DNA of 64,000 bases from an uncultured Clostridia bacterium (GCA_944392105.1 CALXVM010000003.1:40735-104734); one strand, 5' to 3'; shown: positions 26,753-35,310, numbered from the stretch's first letter. Notes: generated by a model not told the origin, from the sequence alone. Numbers and translations: made by a program.

Positions 26753-28138
26753 TTACTTGTTTCCTTTCTCATCAATTAATTGTTTTACTGTATTTTTTAT
26801 GTTTTTCGTTTCTTCTATTGAATATAAATCGTGTAAAATGAATACAGAATCAATGTTATCTAAATTAAGTCCTCTTGTAGCCTCAATTTCATCTTTTTTA
26901 CATACTATTTTTTCGTTTGGTACACCTGCCATAAGAAGTCTTACTTTAGAGTCTAAATACCTTGGTCCTGCTACTATTACTTGTTTTATTGAAGCATCAT
27001 TTAAAAATTCATAATCTGTATCATATTGCCATGATGTATTTTCTGAGCCAAATTTTTCTTCATGTAAGTCATCTACAATAACTATTGCAGCTTTATTTCC
27101 TGGCTCTTTTCTTGTATAATCAAATGCTCTTGAACATGCAATTGGATTCATTCCCTTTGCTAAATGGGTTACTATTCTTATTCCATTGTAAGTTTCATCA
27201 CTAAATCTTGTTTCTACTATTTTTAGTTTTGCAAGAGATGTGTTTATTTGCTCATAACTTAATCCAAACTCTTTAAGCAACGCAATAACAGCTAAAATGT
27301 TGTATATATTTATTATATTATTTGTTATTAAAGTATAAATTTCTTCTCCTGTTGGAGTTTTTACAGTCATTTTCATGTTATCTAAGTCAAGTTTTGTTGC
27401 TAAATAGTCAGCATCTGGCGTTTTATAGTCACAGTTTGGACAATGTGCCTTTCCTATGTGATGATATCTTACATAGTCATATTCTAATTTTGAATAACAT
27501 TTTGGGCATACTATAATGTCCCTTGTTTTATTTTCAAAGTCTTTTGTATCTGTATCTAACTTATCTATTCCAAAATATATTTTTTTGTTATTTTCTGCTA
27601 TATGTGAGCAAATTAAATCATCTGCATTTTCTACCATTATTGTTTCTTTTGGAATATATTTGTCTAAAACATCAGCTATAAACTCTGTATGTCCGTTTCT
27701 CATTAATGAATCTCTAAAAATGTTAGTACAAATTAAATATTTTGGTGTTAAGTATGGATATACTTTATTAGCACTTCTTTCGTCTATTTCAAGTACTGCT
27801 AATTTTTTCTTAGTTTGTCCGCGCAAATTTGCTGCATTTATTAAAGTTGTTGTTATTCCTCTGTCTATATTTGAACCATATTTATTATTTACTAAATCAT
27901 AGCCATTTTCTGTTAAAATATCGTTTATCATATTTGATACTGTAGTTTTTCCATTTGTTCCTGTTACTCCAATTATTGTTTCTGGCTTTTCTAAAATTCC
28001 TAAAAAATTAGGACATATTCTTATTGCTAAATCTCCTGGAAATGATGTAGCATTTCTTTTTAATAATTTCAATACTTTGCAAGAAAGTTTTGCAAGCCAA
28101 AGAGCAACATAAAATTTTATACTTTTTTTATTATTCAT
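26753..28138 (-). CDS. murT: MurT (Mur-ligase-family lipid II isoglutaminyl synthase subunit)
   Basis: GVTGTNGKTT P-loop, a four-Cys ribbon CPKC...CPNC, and a C-terminal DUF1727-like segment. Confidence 0.85.
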   Translation of the reverse strand: MNNKKSIKFYVALWLAKLSCKVLKLLKRNATSFPGDLAIRICPNFLGILEKPETIIGVTGTNGKTTVSNMINDILTENGYDLVNNKYGSNIDRGITTTLINAANLRGQTKKKLAVLEIDERSANKVYPYLTPKYLICTNIFRDSLMRNGHTEFIADVLDKYIPKETIMVENADDLICSHIAENNKKIYFGIDKLDTDTKDFENKTRDIIVCPKCYSKLEYDYVRYHHIGKAHCPNCDYKTPDADYLATKLDLDNMKMTVKTPTGEEIYTLITNNIINIYNILAVIALLKEFGLSYEQINTSLAKLKIVETRFSDETYNGIRIVTHLAKGMNPIACSRAFDYTRKEPGNKAAIVIVDDLHEEKFGSENTSWQYDTDYEFLNDASIKQVIVAGPRYLDSKVRLLMAGVPNEKIVCKKDEIEATRGLNLDNIDSVFILHDLYSIEETKNIKNTVKQLIDEKGNK

Positions 28139-28195
28139 ATTATTCTGACTCCTTAATATCTTTTATTTTATTTAGCATCTCTTTTTTAGCCTTTA

Positions 28196-28234
28196 AAAAG
28201 TTGAAATGGAGCTAATCCCATTTCAACTTTTTTG
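28196..28234. terminator. hairpin terminator downstream of the 83-aa gene
   Basis: 14-bp stem AAAAGTTGAAATGG / CCATTTCAACTTTT with flanking A and T runs. Confidence 0.65.
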
Positions 28235-28240
28235 TAGAAA

Positions 28241-28492
28241 TTATTTAACCCTTTTCTTTTCTATTATGCTATTTAATTTACTTTCAATAGCAGAAAGTCT
28301 TCTTTCAAATACTTGGTTTGTCATGTCGCAAATTTCGTTAAATTCAATTAGTTTTGAGAATTTTTGCATATTAACCTTATGATTTTTTTCAATGTTTTTT
28401 GTTATTTCTAGTTGTTCATTTTTTAGTTCGTTTAAAAGTACGTTTATTTCTGTAATTAGTTGTTTCAGTGTTAAATCTGCATTATTCTGCAT
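28241..28492 (-). CDS. small coiled-coil hypothetical protein
   Basis: 83-aa ORF with heptad-like L/I/E/K composition. It has its own terminator. No family recognised. Confidence 0.45.
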   Translation of the reverse strand: MQNNADLTLKQLITEINVLLNELKNEQLEITKNIEKNHKVNMQKFSKLIEFNEICDMTNQVFERRLSAIESKLNSIIEKKRVK

Positions 28493-28564
28493 ATTATCAC
28501 CTCTCTTACAAAAATATACAAATATTCTACCATAAATTTACAGGAATTGCAACCATTATTGCAA

Positions 28565-30316
28565 CTATTTTTTGTCATTTAGAATAATATGTACATCATC
28601 AAGTTGCTCTTTACTTACTCTACTAGGAGCTCCCATCATTACATCTCTTGCTTTTTTGTTTTTTGGGAAAGCAATTACTTCTCTTATATTCTTGCTATCT
28701 GCAATTAGCATAACCATTCTGTCTAAACCTGGTGCTGCTCCTGCATGAGGAGGTGTTCCATATTGAAATGCATTATATAAAGCCCCAAATTTTGTCTTAA
28801 CATCTTCTTCTGTATATCCTGCAATTTCAAAAGCTTTTACCATTAATTCTGGATTATGGTTTCTTACTGCACCAGATGCAACTTCATAGCCGTTGCAAAC
28901 TGCATCATATTGATATGCTAATATATCTAATGGATCTTGATTATTTAATGCTTCCATACCACCTTGTGGCATTGAGAAAGGATTGTGATTAAAATCTATT
29001 GTTCCTTCATCAGATAATTCATACATTGGAAAATCTACTATAAAGCAGAATTTATATACATTTTTTTCTATTAAATCTAGTCTATTTCCAATCTCAATTC
29101 TGACTAGTCCTGCTATTTTTTGTGCTGTTTTAAACTCATCTGCTATAAAGAATATGCTATCTCCGTTTTTTGCTCCTAATTCTTCTAGTCCTTGTTTTAC
29201 TTCGTCTGTAATAAATTTAGCAATTCCACCTGTGTAGTTTCCGTCTTCTAATTTTACCCAAGCTAAGCCTTTAGCTCCCGCTTCGTTTATTGCAAATTCA
29301 TTCATATTATCAAAGAATTTTCTTCCTTGTTCTGCACCATTTGGTACAATAATAATTTTAACTGTCTTGCCTTTAAACGCATTAAACTCTGTGTTTTTAA
29401 ATAATTCTGTTGCATCTTGTATAATAAGTGGATTTCTTAAATCTGGCTTATCTATTCCGTATTTTTCCATAGCCTCTCTATAAGGAATTCTTACAAATGG
29501 TGGTTTTGTTACCTCCCAATTGGTGTGCTTTTTAAATACTGTTGTAAATATCTCTTCCATAGTAGAAAGCACATCTTCTTGCTCTGCAAAGCTCATTTCA
29601 AAGTCTAGTTGATAGAACTCACCTGGTGCTCTATCTGCTCTAGGGTCTTCATCTCTAAAACATGGAGCGATTTGATAATACTTATTAAATCCAGAAACCA
29701 TAAGCAATTGTTTAAACTGCTGTGGGGCTTGAGGAAGCGCATAAAACTCCCCTGGATGTAATCTACTTGGTACTAAGTAGTCCCTTGCTCCTTCTGGTGA
29801 TGAGTTTGCCAAAATTGGAGTTTGAATTTCTTTAAATCCCAACTCATTCATTTTATCTCTTAATGTTTTTATAATATCACTACGAAGTAAAATTGTTTGG
29901 TGTAATTTATCATTTCTTAAGTCCAAAAATCTATATTCTAAACGTAGGTCTTCACGTACATCTCCTGCTTTGTCAGAATTGACTTCAAAAGGTAATACAT
30001 TTTTACATTTACCTAAAACTTCTATTTTCTCTGCATCTATTTCAATTTCTCCTGTTGGAATTTTGTCATTTTTATTTGACCTTTCAACAACATTTCCTAC
30101 AACTTGTATTACGCATTCTGTTACAACATCTTTTAAATCTTCGTCTGTTATGCTACTTTCAGAAGATATTACAATTTGTGTAATTCCAAATTCATCTCTT
30201 AAATCAATAAACTTCATTGAACCTAAGTTTCTAATTCTTTGTACCCATCCTGCTAATGTTACTTTTTCTCCTACATTTTTTATTGTTAATTCTCCGCAAT
30301 TATGATCTCTATACAT
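28565..30316 (-). CDS. aspS: aspartate--tRNA ligase
   Basis: The start is MYRDHNCGEL at ATG 30316 behind AAGGAGAG; the ORF-track extension to 30412 reads into the repeat element. Class II motifs FRDEDPRADR and GLDR are present, along with the OB anticodon-binding N-terminus. Confidence 0.92.
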   Translation of the reverse strand: MYRDHNCGELTIKNVGEKVTLAGWVQRIRNLGSMKFIDLRDEFGITQIVISSESSITDEDLKDVVTECVIQVVGNVVERSNKNDKIPTGEIEIDAEKIEVLGKCKNVLPFEVNSDKAGDVREDLRLEYRFLDLRNDKLHQTILLRSDIIKTLRDKMNELGFKEIQTPILANSSPEGARDYLVPSRLHPGEFYALPQAPQQFKQLLMVSGFNKYYQIAPCFRDEDPRADRAPGEFYQLDFEMSFAEQEDVLSTMEEIFTTVFKKHTNWEVTKPPFVRIPYREAMEKYGIDKPDLRNPLIIQDATELFKNTEFNAFKGKTVKIIIVPNGAEQGRKFFDNMNEFAINEAGAKGLAWVKLEDGNYTGGIAKFITDEVKQGLEELGAKNGDSIFFIADEFKTAQKIAGLVRIEIGNRLDLIEKNVYKFCFIVDFPMYELSDEGTIDFNHNPFSMPQGGMEALNNQDPLDILAYQYDAVCNGYEVASGAVRNHNPELMVKAFEIAGYTEEDVKTKFGALYNAFQYGTPPHAGAAPGLDRMVMLIADSKNIREVIAFPKNKKARDVMMGAPSRVSKEQLDDVHIILNDKK

Positions 30317-30426
30317 ACATATCTCTCCTTTTTTGGAAATTAGGGACAGGTCCCAATTTCCGGTTTTCAGAAATTGGGGACAGGTCACGATTTCCAAGTG
30401 TGTCGTGCACACCGTTTACGACATAT

Positions 30427-30455
30427 ATTATACACCGGATATCCGTAGTTAGCAA
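30427..30455 (-). promoter_or_regulatory. promoter TTGCTA-17-TATAAT inside element C, reading toward aspS
   Basis: On the minus strand, the -35 is at 30455..30450 and the -10 at 30432..30427, with a 17-nt spacer. This is the only recognisable promoter between the terminator and the aspS start. Confidence 0.5.
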
Positions 30456-30491
30456 GAGGATTTTGTTAAGCTTATGCTAATAGGTAAAAAT

Positions 30492-30528
30492 AAAAAATAC
30501 TAATCTCTTTCTGAAATTAGTATTTTTT
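30492..30528. terminator. bidirectional Rho-independent terminator inside element C (ends the adhE transcript)
   Basis: 12-bp stem AAAAATACTAAT / ATTAGTATTTTT with an A-run before and a T-run after. Confidence 0.7.
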
Positions 30529-30645
30529 AATTAATCTATATATTTTATAATACAATTTTCTCAATACACTCTTGAAATTCTTTTTGAAAGTTATTTTTTC
30601 GTGACCTGTCCCCGATTTCCCGATTTGGGAAATTGGGACCTGTCC

Positions 30646-33249
30646 CTAATTTCCATAGTAGCTATCTAATAATATTTGTTTTAGTTCGCTAACTAGTGGA
30701 AGTCTTGGGTTTGCTGTTGTGCATTGGTCTTCAAAGGCTCTATCGGCAAGCATATCTACTTTTGCTAGGAATTCTTGTTCATCTATTCCTGCTTCTTTAA
30801 ATGATTTTGGGATGTTTAAATCATTGTTTAATTTTTTAATTTCTTCAATTAATGAGTTTACTCCTTCTTCATTTGTGTATGCAGGGAAGTTCATCCTTCT
30901 TGATAAGTCTGCATATTTTTGGTCTGCTATAAAGTATTCATATTTAGGAAATGAGACAAATTTTGTTGGCATTTGGCTATTATATCTTATTACATATGGT
31001 AATAGTATTGCATTAATTCTTCCATGTGGCAAATGGAATTCTGCTCCTATTTTATGAGCTAGTGAGTGGTTTATTCCTAAGAAGGCATTTGTAAATGCCA
31101 TACCTGCTATTGTACTTGCATTATGCATTTTTTCTCTTGCTTCTTTGTTACTTCCATTATTGTATGCTTCTCTTATATTTTTAAATACAAGTTCTACTGC
31201 TTTTTCTGCTAGTCCATCTGTGTAGTCTGATGCCATATTTGAAACATAGCTTTCTATTGCATGTGTTAATACGTCCATCCCTGTATCTGCTGTAATTGAT
31301 TTAGGTAGGCTCATAACTAAGTCTGGGTCAACTATTGCTACATCTGGTGTTAATTCATAATCTGCTAAAGGATATTTCTTATTTTGAGTTTTATCTGTAA
31401 TTACTGCAAATGATGTTACTTCTGAACCTGTTCCAGATGTTGTTGGTATTGCTACCATTTTTGCTTTTATTCCCAATTTAGGGAATTTATATGTTCTTTT
31501 TCTTATATCCATAAATTTAAGTTTCATACCTTCTGGGTCTGCTTCTGGGTGCTCATAAAATAGCCACATTCCTTTTGCTGCATCTATTGGGCTTCCTCCA
31601 CCTAATGCAATAACTACATCTGGCTTAAACTCTTGCATTAGTTTTACACCTTTGTTTATTGTATCAAAAGATGGGTCTGACTCAACATCTGAGAATATTT
31701 CTGAGTGAACATATTCTTTTCTCTTTCTTAAATAATATAAAATTTTATCAACATATCCTAACTGTACCATTGATGGATCTGTTACTATAAATGCTCTTGT
31801 TATATCTGGCATTTTTTCTAAGTATTGAATAGAACCTGCTTCAAAATATATTTTTTCTGGAACTTTAAACCACTGCATATTTACCCTCCTTTTAGCAACT
31901 CTTTTTATATTTATTAGGTTTACACTTGATACGTTTGCTGTTGTTGAATTTCCTCCAAATGTTCCACATCCTAAAGTAAGTGATGGCATATTAGTATTGT
32001 ATATATCACCAATTGCTCCATGTGTAGATGGTGAATTTACTATAATTCTTCCTACCTTTACTGTTTCGGCAAATTTTTGAATTGTATCTCTATCTTCTGA
32101 GTGTATAACTGCAGAGTGTCCCATTCCTCCAAATTCTATTAATTTTTCTGCTAAATCTATTCCTTCATCTGAATTTTTAACAATATAGTATGCAAGTACA
32201 GGACTTAACTTTTCTTTTGAAAATGGATATTCTATACCTACACCATTTTCTTTTAATACTAAAACTTTTGTATCTTTTGGAACTTCTATTCCTGCTTCTC
32301 CTGCTATTTTATATGGACTTTGACCAACTATAGCAGAATTTAAAGCCCCATCTTTTTCTTTTATAAACATTGTATTTCTTAGTCTACTTGTTTCTTCTTC
32401 AGATAAGAAATAGCAACCTGCTTTTTTCATTAATCTTTCGAATTCATCTTTAATTTCTTCGTCTACTATAACAGATTGTTCTGATGCACAAATCATTCCA
32501 TTGTCAAATGATTTTGAAAGTACTAAGTCATTTACAGAAGTTTTTAATTTAGCAGTTTTATCTATATAACATGGTACATTTCCTGGTCCTACACCTAATG
32601 CTGGCTTTCCGCATGAGTATGCAGATTTAACCATTCCGCTTCCACCTGTAGCTAAAATTAAATTCACCCCAGGATGATTCATAAGAAGTGTTGTTGCTGT
32701 AACTGATGGTTCTTCTATCCATAAAATACAATTTTCTGGTGCACCTGCTTTTATAGCAGCATCTCTTAAAATTTTTGCTGCTGCCACACTACATTTTTGT
32801 GCTGATGGATGAAAGCCAAAAATTATAACATTTCTTGTTTTTGCTGCAATTAATGACTTAAACATTGTTGTTGAAGTTGGATTTGTAACTGGCGTTACAC
32901 CTGCTATAATGCCAATTGGCTCTGCAATTTCTTCATATCCTTCTTCTTCGTTTTCATTAATTACGCCAACTGTTTTATCATACTTTATGCTATGGTAAAT
33001 ATATTCTGTTGCAAACATATTCTTAGTTATTTTGTCTTCGTAAATTCCTCTTCCTGTTTCTTCAACTGCCATTTTTGCAAGTTCCATATGATGTTCTAAT
33101 CCTGCCATTGACATTTGTTTTACGATATTATCTATTTGGTCTTGGTCCAATCTCATATATTCTTTAGATGCTGTTTTGGCTTTTTCTACTAAGTCATCTA
33201 TCATTTTGCTAATTCTGTTTCTTTCTTCTTCACTAACTGGATTTGCCAT
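30646..33249 (-). CDS. adhE: bifunctional acetaldehyde-CoA/alcohol dehydrogenase AdhE
   Basis: 867 aa: an N-terminal ALDH domain and a C-terminal Fe-ADH domain ([10 protein letters not shown], HxxxH region). AAAGGAGG RBS. The last two codons plus the stop lie in the right terminus of element C. Confidence 0.95.
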   Translation of the reverse strand: MANPVSEEERNRISKMIDDLVEKAKTASKEYMRLDQDQIDNIVKQMSMAGLEHHMELAKMAVEETGRGIYEDKITKNMFATEYIYHSIKYDKTVGVINENEEEGYEEIAEPIGIIAGVTPVTNPTSTTMFKSLIAAKTRNVIIFGFHPSAQKCSVAAAKILRDAAIKAGAPENCILWIEEPSVTATTLLMNHPGVNLILATGGSGMVKSAYSCGKPALGVGPGNVPCYIDKTAKLKTSVNDLVLSKSFDNGMICASEQSVIVDEEIKDEFERLMKKAGCYFLSEEETSRLRNTMFIKEKDGALNSAIVGQSPYKIAGEAGIEVPKDTKVLVLKENGVGIEYPFSKEKLSPVLAYYIVKNSDEGIDLAEKLIEFGGMGHSAVIHSEDRDTIQKFAETVKVGRIIVNSPSTHGAIGDIYNTNMPSLTLGCGTFGGNSTTANVSSVNLINIKRVAKRRVNMQWFKVPEKIYFEAGSIQYLEKMPDITRAFIVTDPSMVQLGYVDKILYYLRKRKEYVHSEIFSDVESDPSFDTINKGVKLMQEFKPDVVIALGGGSPIDAAKGMWLFYEHPEADPEGMKLKFMDIRKRTYKFPKLGIKAKMVAIPTTSGTGSEVTSFAVITDKTQNKKYPLADYELTPDVAIVDPDLVMSLPKSITADTGMDVLTHAIESYVSNMASDYTDGLAEKAVELVFKNIREAYNNGSNKEAREKMHNASTIAGMAFTNAFLGINHSLAHKIGAEFHLPHGRINAILLPYVIRYNSQMPTKFVSFPKYEYFIADQKYADLSRRMNFPAYTNEEGVNSLIEEIKKLNNDLNIPKSFKEAGIDEQEFLAKVDMLADRAFEDQCTTANPRLPLVSELKQILLDSYYGN

Positions 33250-33387
33250 TTAAGTTCCTCCTTTATAATTTATTATCTCTTGTTCTTAGTTATTATATAC
33301 TAAGTTATTTTAGTTGTAAATTAAAATAAATATAAAATTTAATAAATTTCTAGTTATTGAATTTTGTCGGTTTTTGGCTCATTATAA

Positions 33388-33416
33388 TTGCAATTTTATG
33401 TATACAGTGTTATAAT
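33388..33416 (+). promoter_or_regulatory. strong promoter TTGCAA-17-TGTTATAAT (extended -10)
   Basis: -35 at 33388..33393 and -10 at 33411..33416, preceded by TGT. It lies about 45 nt upstream of the GC-rich ORF. Confidence 0.6.
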
Positions 33417-33462
33417 ACCTAAAGCGCTAAGCACATTACATTTTATTAAAGGAGTGAGTTAA

Positions 33463-33891
33463 ATGGTAAGGCGCTTATACATGCTTGCAGAAGAGCAAAA
33501 TGTAGCTTCATTATTGGAGCTTGCAAGCGTGGTTATGGAAAACGACGAGTGTCATTTCTTCCTTCGGTACAATTGGCACAACTCTGACTTTGCAAAAGAA
33601 GTAAACTTTTCTAAGTCCTTCGCTTGCTTAGTCGACACTGTACGAAACTGCGGTTTCATGAACCTCGCAAACGTATTTAAAAACTGTCACTTTGATGCAG
33701 AAAGCAGTTGCGAAACTGGTTTTATTACTTTCAAAACAAATGATAATTCAATGGTTTTCTCCTTTGCTTTTATCCGTAGCGAAAGTAAGAACCAAAATCA
33801 AAATCTGCTCCGCATCTCCGGTAGAGTTGAAAAATCCGTCGCCGCCAGCGACAATGACCTGCTTGGTTATTTGTTGTCGCTTGGAATTTAA
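33463..33891 (+). CDS. orphan 142-aa Cys-rich protein, compositionally foreign (GC-rich, C-ending codons)
   Basis: AGGAG sits 8 nt before the ATG. A 142-codon open frame is unlikely by chance at this composition. Codon usage is rich in C-ending codons such as TAC, AAC, GAC, TTC and TGC, unlike all neighbours. No family recognised. A structured-RNA alternative is not excluded. Confidence 0.5.
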   Translation: MVRRLYMLAEEQNVASLLELASVVMENDECHFFLRYNWHNSDFAKEVNFSKSFACLVDTVRNCGFMNLANVFKNCHFDAESSCETGFITFKTNDNSMVFSFAFIRSESKNQNQNLLRISGRVEKSVAASDNDLLGYLLSLGI

Positions 33892-33961
33892 CGCACTTTT
33901 GGTTCACTTTAATATTTTAGTGAGCCAAGCTTAGAAAACACAATTTAGTTTTCTTAGAAAT

Positions 33962-33995
33962 GCCAGAGATTTTAAAATACATCTCTGGCATTTTT
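33962..33995 (+). terminator. Rho-independent terminator of the GC-rich transcription unit
   Basis: GCCAGAGAT / ATCTCTGGC stem followed by ATTTTT. Confidence 0.7.
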
Positions 33996-34020
33996 CATTA
34001 TAATGTTTTTTACTTTTTGT

Positions 34021-34080
34021 GGAAATTTAGATCTGGTCCCAATTTACTAAAATCGGAAATTTGGATCTGGTCCTAATTTC
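34021..34080. repeat. degenerate remnant (copy E) of the element family: two diverged hairpin units
   Basis: GGAAATTTAGATCTGGTCCCAATTT ... GGAAATTTGGATCTGGTCCTAATTTC. It abuts the dps stop codon at 34082. Confidence 0.6.
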
Positions 34081-34081
34081 T

Positions 34082-34516
34082 TTATAAGCTTTGCTTAAGC
34101 ATCCATAATATTTTAGTATATTCTAAAATGTACTCATCTACTAGTGATGATGTTCCATATTGTTTTTCTTTCTCCGCTTCTTCTTTTATTTGATTAACTC
34201 TTTCTAGTAATGTTTCAAAATCGTTTATAATATTTTTATAAATTTCACTTGAGCAAATTTTTTCATCTTTTGCTTCTGCAATAGTCGTTTTTTCTAAATA
34301 ATCTTTTAATGTTCCCAAAGGTTGTGCATTTAATGTTAATATATGTTCTGCCACCTCATCAATTTGGTCATTTATTTTGTTATAATATTCTTCTAATTTT
34401 TCATGTACTACAAAAAAGTCGCTACCTTTAACATTCCAATGATAGTTTTGTAATTTACGATAAAATACTGCTAAATCTGATAAGTATTGATTTAGCTCTT
34501 TTATTAATGTTTCCAT
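34082..34516 (-). CDS. dps: Dps-family DNA-protecting ferritin-like protein
   Basis: LQNYHWNVKGSDFFVVHEKLEEYY... ferroxidase-site pattern. 144 aa with an AGGAGG RBS. Confidence 0.88.
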   Translation of the reverse strand: METLIKELNQYLSDLAVFYRKLQNYHWNVKGSDFFVVHEKLEEYYNKINDQIDEVAEHILTLNAQPLGTLKDYLEKTTIAEAKDEKICSSEIYKNIINDFETLLERVNQIKEEAEKEKQYGTSSLVDEYILEYTKILWMLKQSL

Positions 34517-34607
34517 ATAAAACCTCCTAAAAATAATACTTATATTAGTATTTACAATTTTTATAAGGTTTATACAGTAAATTATAATATTAATTCTCTT
34601 AACGTAG

Positions 34608-35084
34608 TTATCTTTTCAAATTCTTTAGTATATTTTTCATTTCAATTACATCATAAAATGGAATGTTAATTCCCTTTTTGGCTAGCTTTATTACATTTAT
34701 GGATGTTTCTATTATTTCATTCTTTAGACTTTCTGTTATTTCTACATCTTGTTTTCTATTTTGATATTTACTTTCTATGTACTCCTCTGTTGTTGGAAAG
34801 ATATTTTGTATTAAAAATGCCTTTTCTTTTCCTAAAACTTTACCAAAAACAAAGTTATAAACTTTTTTTCTCTTTTTTTTCTTATTTTCATATATACCTT
34901 TGTATTTATCAACTTTACTTGAAATTGGAACGAACCATATTATCTCTTCATTTTCTGGGTCATTAAAACAAAAATAGCAAGGTCTTTTATTACCATTTTC
35001 TTTATTTTGCATTAATTTATAGCATTTAAATATGTCAAAAAAATCATCTTTTATAAAGTAAAATTTTCCGTTTTCTACTTTCAT
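34608..35084 (-). CDS. type III toxin-antitoxin system toxin, ToxN/AbiQ/CptN-superfamily endoribonuclease (158 aa)
   Basis: True start MKVENGKFYFIKDDFF at ATG 35084 behind GAGG. The motifs KFYxI..., NKRPCYFCF, IWFVPISSKVDKY and AFLIQNIFP follow the ToxN/AbiQ pattern. It is preceded by a terminator and tandem RNA repeats. The ORF-track version 34608..35282 wrongly extends through the repeats. Confidence 0.8.
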   Translation of the reverse strand: MKVENGKFYFIKDDFFDIFKCYKLMQNKENGNKRPCYFCFNDPENEEIIWFVPISSKVDKYKGIYENKKKKRKKVYNFVFGKVLGKEKAFLIQNIFPTTEEYIESKYQNRKQDVEITESLKNEIIETSINVIKLAKKGINIPFYDVIEMKNILKNLKR

Positions 35085-35102
35085 TCTTACCTCATTTCCA
35101 AC

Positions 35103-35133
35103 AAAAAATCTACCTTCGAAAAGGTAGATTTTT
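35103..35133 (-). terminator. Rho-independent terminator between antitoxin repeats and toxin gene
   Basis: 10-bp stem AAUCUACCUU / AAGGUAGAUU with a UUCG loop and a U6 tail on the minus strand. Confidence 0.85.
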
Positions 35134-35135
35134 AT

Positions 35136-35245
35136 TAACATTTGTCCACCTACGCATTTATTTGTCGCAAGTAGGGTTGCGAGTAACATTTGCACACCTA
35201 TGCACTTGTACCCCGCAAATAGGGTTGCGGCTAACATTTGATTTG
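35136..35245 (-). ncRNA. type III antitoxin RNA: 2 full + 1 partial tandem repeats of 48 nt
   Basis: Units lie at 35136..35183 and 35184..35231, with a partial unit at 35232..~35245. The period is exactly 48 nt and about 36 of 48 positions are identical. CAAAUGUUA is conserved at every unit boundary. The internal hairpin UCGCAA/UUGCGA versus CCGCAA/UUGCGG is kept by a compensatory pair. Confidence 0.8.
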
Positions 35246-35280
35246 GACAAGATACATTTTGTATCTTTATTATTATATTC

Positions 35281-35310
35281 ATTATAACCTTTTTTATTAA
35301 TAAAAGTCAA
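35281..35310 (-). promoter_or_regulatory. promoter TTGACT-18-TATAAT of the type III TA operon
   Basis: On the minus strand, the -35 is at 35310..35305 and the -10 at 35286..35281. It is followed by a short 5' hairpin at 35267..35249. Confidence 0.6.

Larger units (their letters stand above)
30335..30654. mobile_element. variant copy C (320 bp) of the GGAAATTAGGGACAGGTC element family
   Basis: The termini at 30335..30388 and 30601..30654 are inverted repeats. The outer 27 nt (GGAAATTAGGGACAGGTCCCAATTTCC) and the inner GGGGACAGGTCAC are identical, while the middle differs. The interior is unrelated to copies A and D and carries a terminator hairpin and an outward promoter. It fills the whole adhE-aspS spacer. 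Confidence 0.8.

Noticed and set aside
33692-33934. 80-aa ORF overlapping 33463..33891 in another frame
   Set aside because: It has no RBS and is most simply explained by the scarcity of stop codons in a GC-richer segment.
33425-33995. Whether the GC-rich segment is a known housekeeping RNA (RNase P RNA, tmRNA, SRP/4.5S, 6S) or a riboswitch
   Set aside because: None of the universal signatures is present on either strand. There is no GAGGAAAGTCC or ACAGAA-type P4 sequence, no GGGG...TCCACCA ends or tag ORF ending in ALAA, and no SRP domain IV motif. There is also no downstream gene for a riboswitch. A novel RNA remains possible, but no known class could be supported.
35085-35282. N-terminal 66 residues of the track ORF 34608..35282, with a peptide repeat QMLAATL.../QMLLATL...
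   Set aside because: The periodicity is at the DNA/RNA level (48 nt) and includes a Rho-independent terminator inside the supposed coding region. The real start with an SD is at 35084. These residues are a translated antitoxin RNA, not protein.
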